Part shown: in pieces, positions 26,941 to 37,390 of the stretch
Layout of the letters: every line of letters starts with the position of its first letter
How positions within the stretch are numbered: the first letter of the stretch is position 1
Virus record (IMG/VR): IMGVR_UViG_3300032291_002944
Location: 5,381-69,380 of that record
Source: a virus
Strand: one strand, 5' to 3'
Length of the DNA: 64,000 nt
Notes under the pieces: generated by a model
The model's database searches: none
Seen by the model: the letters and a program-made list of their open reading frames with translations, nothing else
What the model was told of the DNA's origin: nothing
Made by a program: the position numbers and the translations under genes

Positions 26941-27636
26941 ATGAAAAATAAAAGTATTAGTGAAGCAACAGGGTCAGGAAGTTCTGGACATTTTAAAGTA
27001 CCAATTGTTTTAGCACCTCAGGCATGGACTGAAGAACAATTAGGACCATTTAATATTCCTGTTTATCGCTACACTAATGCTGAGTTAGCATATGAAGAGG
27101 CCGATGGAGACTATAAAGAAACTCCTGAACAAAGAGAAAAAATTGAAAATAGAACTGATAAACTTTCAAAAGTTGATATGTATTTGAAACAATTTTATAC
27201 CGACCAAAATGATGATGAAGGAGGTGACATTGGTAATGTTGAAAATCCTGAAGATGTGATAGATAAAGCCGTTGGATTTCTTAAAGAGGATTTGGCAGTT
27301 TGGTTTGGTAAAAAGAAAGCTCCAAAAGGTAGTTCACAACCTAAAGGACCATGGGTAAACATTTGTCGTAAAAAAGAAGGTGGTGGCCATCCACCATGTG
27401 GTAGACCTGAAGCTAGTGATAAAGGGTATCCTAAATGCCGTGCTGCGGGTGTTGCAAGTAAAATGAGTGATTCTCAAAAAAGAAGTGCTTGTCAACAAAA
27501 AAGAAAGGCAGAAAAAACACACTCAAAAAGTGGTACAGGTAATAAACCAAAAATGACTCATTACAAGCCAAAAAATGAATCTCTTAGAGATGCAATAAAA
27601 AACGCCTTAAGAGAACAATTTAATATAATTCCTTAA
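26941..27636 (+). CDS. Hypothetical protein with basic Cys-containing module (DUF5872-like)
   Basis: LAVWFG..WVNIC..PPCGR..GYPKCR motif. Start moved to ATG 26941, just after TATTTATA at 26928. Confidence 0.6.
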   Translation: MKNKSISEATGSGSSGHFKVPIVLAPQAWTEEQLGPFNIPVYRYTNAELAYEEADGDYKETPEQREKIENRTDKLSKVDMYLKQFYTDQNDDEGGDIGNVENPEDVIDKAVGFLKEDLAVWFGKKKAPKGSSQPKGPWVNICRKKEGGGHPPCGRPEASDKGYPKCRAAGVASKMSDSQKRSACQQKRKAEKTHSKSGTGNKPKMTHYKPKNESLRDAIKNALREQFNIIP

Positions 27637-27645
27637 AGCGGTTTA

Positions 27646-28131
27646 TTAATTTTTAAACAACAAAGAAACAAAATTCTGCCAAGTTTCAACGTCATTCTCA
27701 TTTCTACCAATATTTGCAGAATAACAAGTTAACACTACGTTATCTTTTGTATAACCTTTATTCCTATCTAATCTATCTAAGGAAGGTTGTTGGGGGTGTT
27801 TCGTTTGACTTGAGGGGATTATAGGAATTTTAAACCAAAAACACAAACCATTCTGGTTTTTATACATTTCGTTTATATCATCTACTGTTAAAGTATGTTC
27901 TTTTTTTCTTTTAGAATCGTGTATTAATGTGTTTTGCCATAACCTAACTCGTCTTTCTTTTTGTTTAATTCCTTCAGATTTTCTATACTCTAAGTTTTCT
28001 CTTCTTTTTTTCTTACCTAATCTACCTATTTCTAAGGAACAAACTATACATTTTAGTGTTCGTTGTGAAGAATAAAATTCATTTTTACTTTTACTAACCC
28101 CGCATATTTTACATATTTTTTGTGTATCCAT
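27646..28131 (-). CDS. HNH-like endonuclease (probable free-standing homing endonuclease)
   Basis: N-terminal CKIC/CIVC Zn ribbon and QNGLC...PSLDRLDRNKGYTKDNVVLTCYSAN. Start assigned to ATG 28131, after the late motif at 28136-28142. Confidence 0.75.
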   Translation of the reverse strand: MDTQKICKICGVSKSKNEFYSSQRTLKCIVCSLEIGRLGKKKRRENLEYRKSEGIKQKERRVRLWQNTLIHDSKRKKEHTLTVDDINEMYKNQNGLCFWFKIPIIPSSQTKHPQQPSLDRLDRNKGYTKDNVVLTCYSANIGRNENDVETWQNFVSLLFKN

Positions 28132-28212
28132 AGTAATAAATATACGGACATGCAAAAAAAAACAAAAAAAAGGAAAATAATTTCCTTTTAATATAACATT
28201 GACGATATGGTT

Positions 28213-28680
28213 CTAACAATATGGTGATGAACATTTTTTCTTTCCATCAAGACCTGGTTTAGTCCCTTTACATACTTGGACCCCATAACCATTACTATAA
28301 GCCGAGGGAAAGATTTTAAACTTACCTTTAGCCGCAGCCAAACCTCTAGCACATAATTTAGTTCCTGTTTTCTTTTTGCCTTCAGCCATCATTTCTTCGT
28401 AATCAACATATTCTTCTTCTTTTTCGAATTCATTTTTGAAAAAATCAAATACTTGGTCTATGTTGACCTTTGCTTCAGTGATATGGTCATCGGCCCAATC
28501 ATGTCCATTATTGATTAACTGGTCAACCATTTGGGGGTCCATATCCAACATCATTTCACATTGTCTTTTGATTTGTTCTAAATTACTGAAAAACATATAA
28601 TTTGCTTCTTCTTGTTCTTTAAGAACTTTGTTAACAAGTCTATTTAAATCTTGTTCTGTAAGTTTTACTATCTTTGTCAT
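28213..28680 (-). CDS. Hypothetical putative internal head protein
   Basis: N-terminal VKLTEQDLNRLVNKVLKEQ and C-terminal LCARG.AAAK.KFKIFPSAYSNGY module. Confidence 0.6.
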   Translation of the reverse strand: MTKIVKLTEQDLNRLVNKVLKEQEEANYMFFSNLEQIKRQCEMMLDMDPQMVDQLINNGHDWADDHITEAKVNIDQVFDFFKNEFEKEEEYVDYEEMMAEGKKKTGTKLCARGLAAAKGKFKIFPSAYSNGYGVQVCKGTKPGLDGKKKCSSPYC

Positions 28681-30179
28681 TTTTTATTTACGATATTAAA
28701 CGTTAATTGTTTTTTATAGGTGTCTTTCTCACCTGATGTATTTACTTGAATATCAACATAATATTGATTAGGTATTTTATCTCTCATATCAAATATAAAG
28801 TAATACTCGTTTGGTGTTCTATTAATTGGAGTCCAATCTTGAACTTGCACTTCTGTTGTACCTTCTCTAACATATACTCTATAAAACGCTGAAATATTTT
28901 GTAATGGTACTTGTCCTGTATAGGCCTTCTTAATTGTAACCCCAACCTTTCTGATGTCAGAATTAAGTATTTGTTCGTTTTGTAATATGCCATAAAAATC
29001 AAAACCGAATTTGGTTGGGTCTTGAGACACCGCTCCGATTTGGATTCCTGATGAATATGGTAATAGGGTGAACTGATTTGTTACGTTTGGAAGACTTTGT
29101 CCGTTAATAGTTAAACCTGACCATACATCGTAGAATAAACACGGTGTAGGTTGATTTGTAAACCCGTTAGGTACAACAACTTCATAAACTCCTTTAGTTC
29201 TTAAACAAGTGTTTAAAGATGACATACCACTAACTGCATCTCCATTTCTATCTTCAATCCTAACAAAGGGGTCAGAATCCAAATTAACCAAATCTCCATT
29301 TTGATAAACATAAAGGAACAATTTATTTTCTTGGTTTTTTAAGAACACATTTCTATCGTCTTTAATTAAGTCGTCATATGTTGTTAACATATATGGTTGA
29401 TAAAATGTTTGTGTTTGTCTTGAGAAGAACGCAACACTATAACTTTCGGTTAAACCTGTTAAGTTTTCAATTTGAGGTAGGTAGGCTAATCCCCATCCTG
29501 TAACACCTGTAATTGAACCATTAAGGACACCGTTAATTTCATTTGACATATCCATGTTAATGTCCTCATTACCTAATTCAAAATGTTGTCTTGCAACAAT
29601 TGTTAAACCTGAGTAATTAACCGTTCCTTCATTTTTGTTATTATAAATTCCTTGTTGAGACCAATTTGAAATTGTGGATGTTTGATACCAGTTAGATGGT
29701 CTTGTAGAATAGGCTCTACTATCCACATATGTTAAGGGGGCCGAACCTCCTATGGCACTATTCTGAGCTAAGTTAAAATCGTTGTAATCATAACCAACTC
29801 CTTCATCCCAATCTTGAGCTGGACCTGTCGCACCTGACGCCTGAGGGATTCTAAATAAAATTAGGTCAAATGATGTCGCTCGTCTTCTTTCGTTTGACAT
29901 AAACGAATTTAAGAGTTCATTATCAAATGACGATGTATTTGTCATCTTTAATGTGTGAGTCATTGCTGAAGTACAACCTGTTGAAATTACCCCTGATACA
30001 ATATTTTCTCTAAGTAATGCTAAATCTAAATCAAAAATGAATCTAGTATATCCGTAATTAGGTATTACGAAATCAGACGCACCAAAATTTAATTCAATAA
30101 CAGGGTTTCTTCCCGTGTTGACGTAAGAATTTGATATGATAGTATTATTCTTATCTATGTATGACCTTAAGATTGACAT
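28677..30179 (-). CDS. Virion structural protein (beta-rich)
   Basis: 500 aa with NTGRNP, TRFIFD and WDEGVGYD motifs of large-phage structural proteins; late motif at 30193. Confidence 0.6.
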   Translation of the reverse strand: MSILRSYIDKNNTIISNSYVNTGRNPVIELNFGASDFVIPNYGYTRFIFDLDLALLRENIVSGVISTGCTSAMTHTLKMTNTSSFDNELLNSFMSNERRRATSFDLILFRIPQASGATGPAQDWDEGVGYDYNDFNLAQNSAIGGSAPLTYVDSRAYSTRPSNWYQTSTISNWSQQGIYNNKNEGTVNYSGLTIVARQHFELGNEDINMDMSNEINGVLNGSITGVTGWGLAYLPQIENLTGLTESYSVAFFSRQTQTFYQPYMLTTYDDLIKDDRNVFLKNQENKLFLYVYQNGDLVNLDSDPFVRIEDRNGDAVSGMSSLNTCLRTKGVYEVVVPNGFTNQPTPCLFYDVWSGLTINGQSLPNVTNQFTLLPYSSGIQIGAVSQDPTKFGFDFYGILQNEQILNSDIRKVGVTIKKAYTGQVPLQNISAFYRVYVREGTTEVQVQDWTPINRTPNEYYFIFDMRDKIPNQYYVDIQVNTSGEKDTYKKQLTFNIVNKK

Positions 30180-30200
30180 TAATGCTTTTTAATATAAATA

Positions 30201-31766
30201 CTAGTTAAGTCTAATATTTTTGTTAAGAATCTTATTTACCGCGTTTTGAAGTTCAGTTAATATATCTTGAACGTTACTTCCATCTTGAGTTACAGGTACT
30301 GGAGGTAATCCAGGGTATGCGTGAGTATGTGTTACCATAAATCTAACAATTAAATTTATTAACTCCATAAGTTCTTCACCTCTAACTAAACTTGATGTTT
30401 TTGGAATAATATCGTCAACAAATTGTTCTCCTGTAATACCATATAATGTGTTATCAAAGTTAATTTTACCTTTTCCTGGTATAGAAGATAGATGAGAAAG
30501 TAAAAAAACTTTATCACTACCTAAAGCTCCATATGTTGTGGGAGTAGTGGTAAATGTTGAAACGGGTATTACTGTTTTTTTAGTTTCAAGAGGTATCCCA
30601 ACTTTATTTTTTGCATATACTAAACCATAACCTCCTTGTTGAAGAGCCGAGTATAATTTAACTTTATTGAATATGTTTTTTATATTTTCAACTTCGGCTC
30701 CATCAGAATTTACATAACTTGCAGATAATGATGGATTTAAATATGAATATGTTAAATTATTTGGTCTATAAAAGAATGGAAATTTACCACTTTCAGCTAA
30801 AGCAAGTGTTAAGTTAAGCGATGGTGATATTTCGGCTCCTGTTAATGGGTCAGTAACTCCTGCAGTTCCATTACATTTATTTATGAAATTGTTAATGAAT
30901 TTAACTGTATCATATTCTGATAATAATGTGAACGGTACCGAATCAATTAAAGATTTTAAATTTTCTTTAATAACACTACCAACAGTTAAATTTTTAGAAT
31001 TTGTTGATATATCTGGTTTTAAACCGTAAAGATACACACTACCCGAAAATTTATTTTGAGTATTTTCAGGGTTAGTTATCACCCACTCAACCAAATATTT
31101 TACCTGAATTACTTTTTGTTCAAATTCTACAACAACTTTATCATCTTGTTTAACTTTAGTTGTACCAATTCTTGATAATTGTAAAAATCCTCTTTGTGGA
31201 TTACCTGTTGGTATTACGTTTGGAATTAAAGTAGTTGATTTAAACTTACCAGCTCTTAATAATATTTCATTTTCCTTAACAATTAAATCCGCACTTCCTC
31301 TACCTAAAAGGGCATTGTCACCTGGTTCAGGGAATACACCTTTATGAGTAGCCTTATCAGCATATGTTCCGTCTTGATTTTTTAAAGGTTTAGGATTGGC
31401 TAATTGAGTACCTGTACCTGTAAATTTATTTCCCCCAACATAATATTCAAAAAGAATTGACGTTGGAGATGAAAATGTGTTTTGAATGTAATATTGATTT
31501 TGATATTTAAATTCACTATTAACATAAATTACTTGGGCTAATTCTTCTATCTTTGGTACTTGATACATAAAATATGGCATCAAAGGATTAAAGATAAACG
31601 GGTCTCTACTTGTCCATACATCTTTTTTCTCATCCCAAGGTGGGTCAGTAATACTTTTTACAATATCATCATAATTATCAACTAATAATTTGGCTCTAAT
31701 CCTACCCAACATCATTGGGTCACGATTATCCATAACGACTACTTGAAAAAATATTGGCTCACTCAT
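30201..31766 (-). CDS. Baseplate central spike/hub protein (gp5/VgrG-like OB fold)
   Basis: N-terminal VMDNRDPMMLGRIRAK...VPKIEE OB-fold motif, PEPGDNALLGR, and a C-terminal HTH (HxH) metal-binding tip. Confidence 0.75.
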   Translation of the reverse strand: MSEPIFFQVVVMDNRDPMMLGRIRAKLLVDNYDDIVKSITDPPWDEKKDVWTSRDPFIFNPLMPYFMYQVPKIEELAQVIYVNSEFKYQNQYYIQNTFSSPTSILFEYYVGGNKFTGTGTQLANPKPLKNQDGTYADKATHKGVFPEPGDNALLGRGSADLIVKENEILLRAGKFKSTTLIPNVIPTGNPQRGFLQLSRIGTTKVKQDDKVVVEFEQKVIQVKYLVEWVITNPENTQNKFSGSVYLYGLKPDISTNSKNLTVGSVIKENLKSLIDSVPFTLLSEYDTVKFINNFINKCNGTAGVTDPLTGAEISPSLNLTLALAESGKFPFFYRPNNLTYSYLNPSLSASYVNSDGAEVENIKNIFNKVKLYSALQQGGYGLVYAKNKVGIPLETKKTVIPVSTFTTTPTTYGALGSDKVFLLSHLSSIPGKGKINFDNTLYGITGEQFVDDIIPKTSSLVRGEELMELINLIVRFMVTHTHAYPGLPPVPVTQDGSNVQDILTELQNAVNKILNKNIRLN

Positions 31767-31972
31767 TACTTATTTCTTTGTTCGTACTCTTTTAATGTTT
31801 TATTATATAATTCTTCAACACTATCTAAATACATAGTTAGATTTATAATATTAGTTCTTGTTAAATCAAAATCGGTAGATAGTTTATCCATCATTTCAAT
31901 CAATCTTGAGTTAGGTAAATTTTTTAAATCACCTTGTTCTTTTAAAATAGTATCAAATTCTTCTGTTGTCAT
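31766..31972 (-). CDS. Small coiled-coil hypothetical protein
   Basis: 68 aa ORF coupled to its neighbours. Confidence 0.6.
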   Translation of the reverse strand: MTTEEFDTILKEQGDLKNLPNSRLIEMMDKLSTDFDLTRTNIINLTMYLDSVEELYNKTLKEYEQRNK

Positions 31973-31973
31973 A

Positions 31974-34088
31974 TTATCTTGTTTTTCCTACAAATTTTGA
32001 ACAAAATGCGGGGTTTACCGCACATTTTGCGTCAATAGTTGTTTCAACTTTACCGTTTTCAGAATTTTCTTTATCCGCTCCTTTAAATCCTGCTAATTGA
32101 GCTAATACCATTAAATTTGGAGAACCATCAGGTAAAGTACCTGTAGGTATACCTAATTCTTGTAAAAATTCTATTGTATTTATTGTTGACCTGTTAGGGT
32201 CAGTTCCTGGCAAAAATCCTGACAAAGCTAAAAGTGGTGCTGGTATATCATCAGTAGTTAAACCCGTACTTTGTGATATTAAATTTAACAACAATAGAAT
32301 GTCATTAACTAAGGATTTACATCTTCTATAATCGTCAATTAATTGTGAAATTATTAAATAATAATTTAATATTTGTAATAGAGATGTTATAATTGTATAT
32401 TTTTTTAGAACTCGACTTCTTACTATATCTTGATTTATGAAGAATAGTAAATTAATAATATCTTTTTCTAATATTTTATATAAAGTTTTTAAAAAAATTG
32501 CGCCTATTTTTGAAACTACTTGAATATTAAATGTTTTAAATAGTTTAAGAAAATCTATTGAGTTATTCACAATATTATTAACCCCACCTAAATTTGTATT
32601 ACCTGATTGAATAAATGTGTTACCCGATGTTATCGCTTGATTATATGTTGATATACCCTCAGACTCAACAACTTTTAATAAAACAAAAATAGGTAATAAC
32701 ACTTTAGGCGATAATATTGACGCTGCAAGTGCTATAGGTATTTGATTTAATACATCTTGGTTAATTGCAACTTCAACATTTAAATTTGTGGGTATAAAAA
32801 GTTTCCATTCAGGATTTTGATAAAGACTATCAATAATTGAACTTATACTTTCAACTTGTTGTTCTGTAGTTTGACCACTTAAAGTACTTCTAAAGTCAAT
32901 CAATTGAGAAACTATGTTTTCATAATCAACAGGTAATTTAATGTTATTACAATCTTCAAATTCAACAACTTTATTTTGAATGTTGGTTACATTTAAATCT
33001 ATACTTCTTAAGTCCACTTCAGTAAATTCAAAAAAGGTTTCATCAACACCATCTAATTCGGCAATTTTCGAAATACCACTAACATCAATTTCTCTTCTCG
33101 AATCAAAACAAAGTCCTAATATTCTTTGAAGTAATAAATAAAATTTTGAATTTTGTGTGATTTCGTCAGCACTTAAGTTGGCTTTCATAGAAATTGCACC
33201 TGAAAGTACATTTATTAATGATGATGTAATATCAACACTATCAACTAATTTAAGTGTACTATAATAATCTATTAAAAAATCCCCAACATTATTTCCTGAT
33301 TCTTCATTGTCCCCTGTTAAAGGTTCTTTATCAAGTAATGCGAATCTATAACAATCTTGTGTTACCCCAAATTCGTTAGTTTTAGTATATTGAAAATCAA
33401 ATAATGGTTGACCCGATGTTCCTTGGTAATATTTTCCAAATTCAGTATAAAACGACCTGCCTAAATTTGATGAATCCATTCTTTGATTTAATTCCTTATT
33501 CATTGGAAATGGTTCTTTACCACCATAAGGTCTTAAAAATCCAGGTTCAGTATTTACTTCAACCGCTTCATAAAATACTTTACCGAGCGCGGAGTCAGGA
33601 GAGTTTTTTAATATATTAGCGATATCTAAAGACTCAACTGGAACATATATACCTTCACCTTCAGGTAATGTTGAAAGTGGGTTAACATTTAAATTCGATA
33701 CAGAAAATCCTTTAAATGTTTGTTCTTGTGAACAACCTAAAATGTGTATTGCCTCATCTGATATGATTTTTCTAACATCAGGTTCAATTTTTACTAAAGT
33801 CTCAATTAGTTTTCTTCTCAAATAATCCAGAGTACTACTACCTGAACCACTTACCAGTCCAATTAAATCAAGTAATTGTGTAAAAGATGTTGGAGGATTT
33901 CTTAAATATCTTTTTTGTTGTTCTTGAATTTTGTCTAATTGAGTACTAGTTGAATTAATACTTTTAGATGCAGAATTAGCCGCTGATGACTTTAACTCTT
34001 TAGCACCCGCAGATGCTTTAGTAAAAGCAACTACAGCTTTAGTTCTACTTTTGGCGGAACCCCAACTTTGTGATAAATCTATTGCCAT
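31974..34088 (-). CDS. Large hypothetical protein, probably structural
   Basis: 704 aa ORF in the late operon upstream of the spike gene. Confidence 0.65.
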   Translation of the reverse strand: MAIDLSQSWGSAKSRTKAVVAFTKASAGAKELKSSAANSASKSINSTSTQLDKIQEQQKRYLRNPPTSFTQLLDLIGLVSGSGSSTLDYLRRKLIETLVKIEPDVRKIISDEAIHILGCSQEQTFKGFSVSNLNVNPLSTLPEGEGIYVPVESLDIANILKNSPDSALGKVFYEAVEVNTEPGFLRPYGGKEPFPMNKELNQRMDSSNLGRSFYTEFGKYYQGTSGQPLFDFQYTKTNEFGVTQDCYRFALLDKEPLTGDNEESGNNVGDFLIDYYSTLKLVDSVDITSSLINVLSGAISMKANLSADEITQNSKFYLLLQRILGLCFDSRREIDVSGISKIAELDGVDETFFEFTEVDLRSIDLNVTNIQNKVVEFEDCNNIKLPVDYENIVSQLIDFRSTLSGQTTEQQVESISSIIDSLYQNPEWKLFIPTNLNVEVAINQDVLNQIPIALAASILSPKVLLPIFVLLKVVESEGISTYNQAITSGNTFIQSGNTNLGGVNNIVNNSIDFLKLFKTFNIQVVSKIGAIFLKTLYKILEKDIINLLFFINQDIVRSRVLKKYTIITSLLQILNYYLIISQLIDDYRRCKSLVNDILLLLNLISQSTGLTTDDIPAPLLALSGFLPGTDPNRSTINTIEFLQELGIPTGTLPDGSPNLMVLAQLAGFKGADKENSENGKVETTIDAKCAVNPAFCSKFVGKTR

Positions 34089-34089
34089 A

Positions 34090-34458
34090 TTATTTCATTT
34101 TATATGTCTCCTCGTCATTAGAAACATCTTTCTCTATAAGATTTTGAATCAAATCATCATCTAAATCGGCAAGAGAAAAAGATTCATTGTTGTTACTATT
34201 TGATTTTTCCCAAATACTCGATTGAAGTTTTGATAAACTAATTTTTTTCTCAACACAATCATTAACAATTTTTTGTTGTTTTTCAATCACAGGACCAATA
34301 GTTGTCATGTCAGATGGATTTTTTAACAGAGCTAACATCTTATTTTGGATTCTAATCGCTGTCTGTCTTTGTTCTACAAGTTCGTTGTAGATTTCTTGCA
34401 TTAAAGATAATATAGATTCCTTACTAAAATTAATTTCTTTACGTTGTGGTCTAGGCAT
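34090..34458 (-). CDS. Helical protein, possible terminase small subunit (gp16-like)
   Basis: Helical-hairpin pattern IYNELVEQRQTAI...KIVNDCVEKKISLSKLQ loosely resembles gp16; late motif at 34462. The function call is weak. Confidence 0.4.
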   Translation of the reverse strand: MPRPQRKEINFSKESILSLMQEIYNELVEQRQTAIRIQNKMLALLKNPSDMTTIGPVIEKQQKIVNDCVEKKISLSKLQSSIWEKSNSNNNESFSLADLDDDLIQNLIEKDVSNDEETYKMK

Positions 34459-34473
34459 ATCTATAAATACTTT

Positions 34474-35223
34474 TTAATCTGTTTTCATTCGTGATTGAAT
34501 GACAAGGTATAATTTTTTGAATCTTTTTATTGCACTTCTAATTTCTTTTGTACTTAAATTAGTCATTTCTCTTAAAGACAATAAAATAACATTTTTATTG
34601 AATTTGTTATTATCTGCTCCTGAAAATATAGTTTCATAATTGTCAAATAAATCTGCCAATGCATATCCCAATTTTCTTTCGTTATCATTCAAGTTTTCAG
34701 ACTCAATAAAGTCTTTTAATTCTCTAATGTATTCTGTAATGATTACGCTTGTATCTACAACCTCTTCATCTATTCTGTACATCATATCGGGCCTTTCCTC
34801 AATACTTTCAGACATATCCTCATATGAAACTTTTCTATTAATTTCTTTTTGGTCTTTAATAATTTGACCCATTAAATAATTTTTACAGATTGTCCCAAAA
34901 TAAGAATATGCTTTCTTTTCTTTTGATGGTTTGAACTTATCAACTTTTGTCATCAAAAAAGAATGAGTATCACAATGAATTTCAGTAAAATTCATATCTT
35001 TACGATATAGTTTATATCGTCTTATAATAGATGAAATCATTTTATCTAAAGGACCTCTTAAAAACTGATTGTATATTTTATTTTTTTCTTCGGAAGTTTC
35101 CGCTAATAGAAAATTTCTAACAGCGGTTTCTTCCCTAACATCAAAATAATTTTCTTTTACAGCCTTTCGTCCTCTTTTTTTAGATAAAACATCTTCTGTT
35201 GTTGCAGATAAAGTTTCGGACAT
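34474..35223 (-). CDS. Phage sigma factor for late transcription (gp55-like)
   Basis: ENYFD...LDKMISSIIRRY...KFKPSKEKKAYSYFGTICKNY resembles sigma region 2 of gp55-like proteins. Confidence 0.7.
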   Translation of the reverse strand: MSETLSATTEDVLSKKRGRKAVKENYFDVREETAVRNFLLAETSEEKNKIYNQFLRGPLDKMISSIIRRYKLYRKDMNFTEIHCDTHSFLMTKVDKFKPSKEKKAYSYFGTICKNYLMGQIIKDQKEINRKVSYEDMSESIEERPDMMYRIDEEVVDTSVIITEYIRELKDFIESENLNDNERKLGYALADLFDNYETIFSGADNNKFNKNVILLSLREMTNLSTKEIRSAIKRFKKLYLVIQSRMKTD

Positions 35224-36029
35224 TATACTGTTTCTGATTGATATTTTATGGTTCTATCGTCCACAAAGAAAAATTCCTTCTTCGCTGTTTGAATCCAAAA
35301 TTTAACTTCATCATCAATCATTCTATCGTCACCAAATTTGTAGTTATAGAAGATAGAACCTTCTCTCATATTTGTATGTTTATATCCTAATTTTGGAATT
35401 GTCATAATAGATACTGAGTTATAAGATAATCTTAATAAAAACTCGTAAACAAACGTTAATTTAATTGATGGTTTAAATCCACCAAAATCTTCAATAACTT
35501 CTTTCTTAATTACAGAACCAGCTGTTTGGAAATTTTGGTAGTCTTGTAATGTTTCATTTGTTAAAATACCCATTTCTTGGCTAAAGTTAGCAGCAAATGT
35601 TGCTTCATTAGTGAAACCTGCAAACATACCTTTTTCATCCGTCTCAACAACAACAGGTAAAAACATTTGAACTTCGGGATATGCTGCAATGTATTTTTCA
35701 ACATTTTTAAACCAAATCGATGAATATTCATCGTCAAATTCAAATAATGAAATCCATTTACCTTTAGCATTTTTAACACCAAAATTAACTTGGTCTGCAT
35801 AATTTGGTGATTTATCCCATAATAATTTAGTCACATTTAACGTTCCAAAATCATACCCTTCTAAAAGAGTAACTAATGATTCTTCAGACGTATGAACAAT
35901 TACTAATTCTTCAAATTCAACAGTTTGTGATTGAATTGATTTAATTGCTTTTTCAAAATATTCATCAAAGTTTCTGGCTTTAGATGATTTAATTGGTAGT
36001 ATAATTGATAGTGATAATTTGTTGCTCAT
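35223..36029 (-). CDS. Glycosyltransferase family 2
   Basis: LSIILPI, KAIKSIQSQT, VNFGVKNAKGKWISLFEFDD. Start assigned to MSNK at 36029. Confidence 0.82.
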   Translation of the reverse strand: MSNKLSLSIILPIKSSKARNFDEYFEKAIKSIQSQTVEFEELVIVHTSEESLVTLLEGYDFGTLNVTKLLWDKSPNYADQVNFGVKNAKGKWISLFEFDDEYSSIWFKNVEKYIAAYPEVQMFLPVVVETDEKGMFAGFTNEATFAANFSQEMGILTNETLQDYQNFQTAGSVIKKEVIEDFGGFKPSIKLTFVYEFLLRLSYNSVSIMTIPKLGYKHTNMREGSIFYNYKFGDDRMIDDEVKFWIQTAKKEFFFVDDRTIKYQSETV

Positions 36030-36030
36030 A

Positions 36031-37083
36031 TTATTCTTCAGTTTTAGAAATTTGTTGTTCAAATGAATCCGCTCTAAGTGTTAAGTAATTTTCAAATAAT
36101 GAAATTATTTTAGACTCAAATTCTTGTTTATTCGTATAGTTTTCAACAGTTTGTTTCATACTGTCATAAAGTTCAGGTGTAATGTTATCTTCTAACCAAT
36201 TTTGTATAAAATCTGCAATTACATCACATAATAATGTTTCATCAGTAATCCAAATACCGTTATCATCCGTCATCCATTCAGGTCTAATGTTAGGTACTTT
36301 ACCAATTACTGGTACATTAGAAGCCATAGACTCTAATGGGAATGTTCCGAATCCACTTTTATCGTCAATCCAAACACTTAAAAAACATTCTCTTAAAGAG
36401 TTTGCAAATTCTTTTTCAGATAATCCACGTAAATCTCTAAACGTAAACCATCTATATTGGGGGAATCTTAAATAAAATGTTTTGATAAGATTAATTGTAT
36501 CTGATTGTTCCCTAGTGTGAATACCAATTATTGGCATTGCTGGCAACGCTTTAGGTGAAAATTCTGAAGATATTAAAGGTTTAACAATGTCAAAACTTGC
36601 TTGTCTCATTACTTTCTCAATGTGTTCTTGTTGTATTTGACTTGTAGTAATACATTTTAAGAAACCGTATTGAAACCAGTTTTGTCCTGGTTGTAATGTC
36701 TCAACAATTTGTGAATAAGCTTGTGCTAATACAATTTTTGCACAAGGTAAATTTTTAATTTGTTCCATTACATACCCAAATAGTTCAGGTACAATAATAA
36801 AATCTTCAGGAGCAATTTCTAAATTTTGTCCTTCAATTGCTTTATGAGGAATTTCCATATATTCCTCTTCTAACCAAGCTACCACACCTGCGTAATCTGC
36901 TTTTTCATGAAGAATGATTGGATTGTATCCGTTATCTATAAGAATTTTTGCCATCTGATAAATTAATTTTATAGATGCTTTGGCATTTCCTTTTGTGTCT
37001 TGGACAAGAAAATAAATTCTTGCCTTCTTATCTCTAAGAATTTGAATTGATTGTTTAACTTTTTCTTGTAATGTGTTTTCCAT
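36031..37083 (-). CDS. GT-B (family 4-like) glycosyltransferase
   Basis: DFIIVPE and GFGTFPLESMASNVPVIG motifs. Confidence 0.78.
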   Translation of the reverse strand: MENTLQEKVKQSIQILRDKKARIYFLVQDTKGNAKASIKLIYQMAKILIDNGYNPIILHEKADYAGVVAWLEEEYMEIPHKAIEGQNLEIAPEDFIIVPELFGYVMEQIKNLPCAKIVLAQAYSQIVETLQPGQNWFQYGFLKCITTSQIQQEHIEKVMRQASFDIVKPLISSEFSPKALPAMPIIGIHTREQSDTINLIKTFYLRFPQYRWFTFRDLRGLSEKEFANSLRECFLSVWIDDKSGFGTFPLESMASNVPVIGKVPNIRPEWMTDDNGIWITDETLLCDVIADFIQNWLEDNITPELYDSMKQTVENYTNKQEFESKIISLFENYLTLRADSFEQQISKTEE

Positions 37084-37084
37084 A

Positions 37085-37390
37085 TTAATAATGATTGATA
37101 AGTTTTTTGTTTAATAAACTATTAAATGCTAGTTTGAATGGTATACTTGCTTTTGAAGCGGTATCAGATTTTTTAAGACCTAAATTATCATCAATTTCAT
37201 CTCTTTCCGATAATATAGTTTCTAATAATAATTTTACCATTTCAAATTTTATGATGTTGATTTTTGTTTCAGTTCCTCCTGAAAATTCATCATATTGTGA
37301 TGAATCACTTACAACAGGGTCGTTCATGTCCAAGTAATTTTCAATTTCATCTAAATCTATATAATAATTTTCTCCTAAGACATTAAGCAT
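37085..37390 (-). CDS. Hypothetical protein
   Basis: 101 aa ORF coupled to its neighbours. Confidence 0.65.
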   Translation of the reverse strand: MLNVLGENYYIDLDEIENYLDMNDPVVSDSSQYDEFSGGTETKINIIKFEMVKLLLETILSERDEIDDNLGLKKSDTASKASIPFKLAFNSLLNKKLINHY

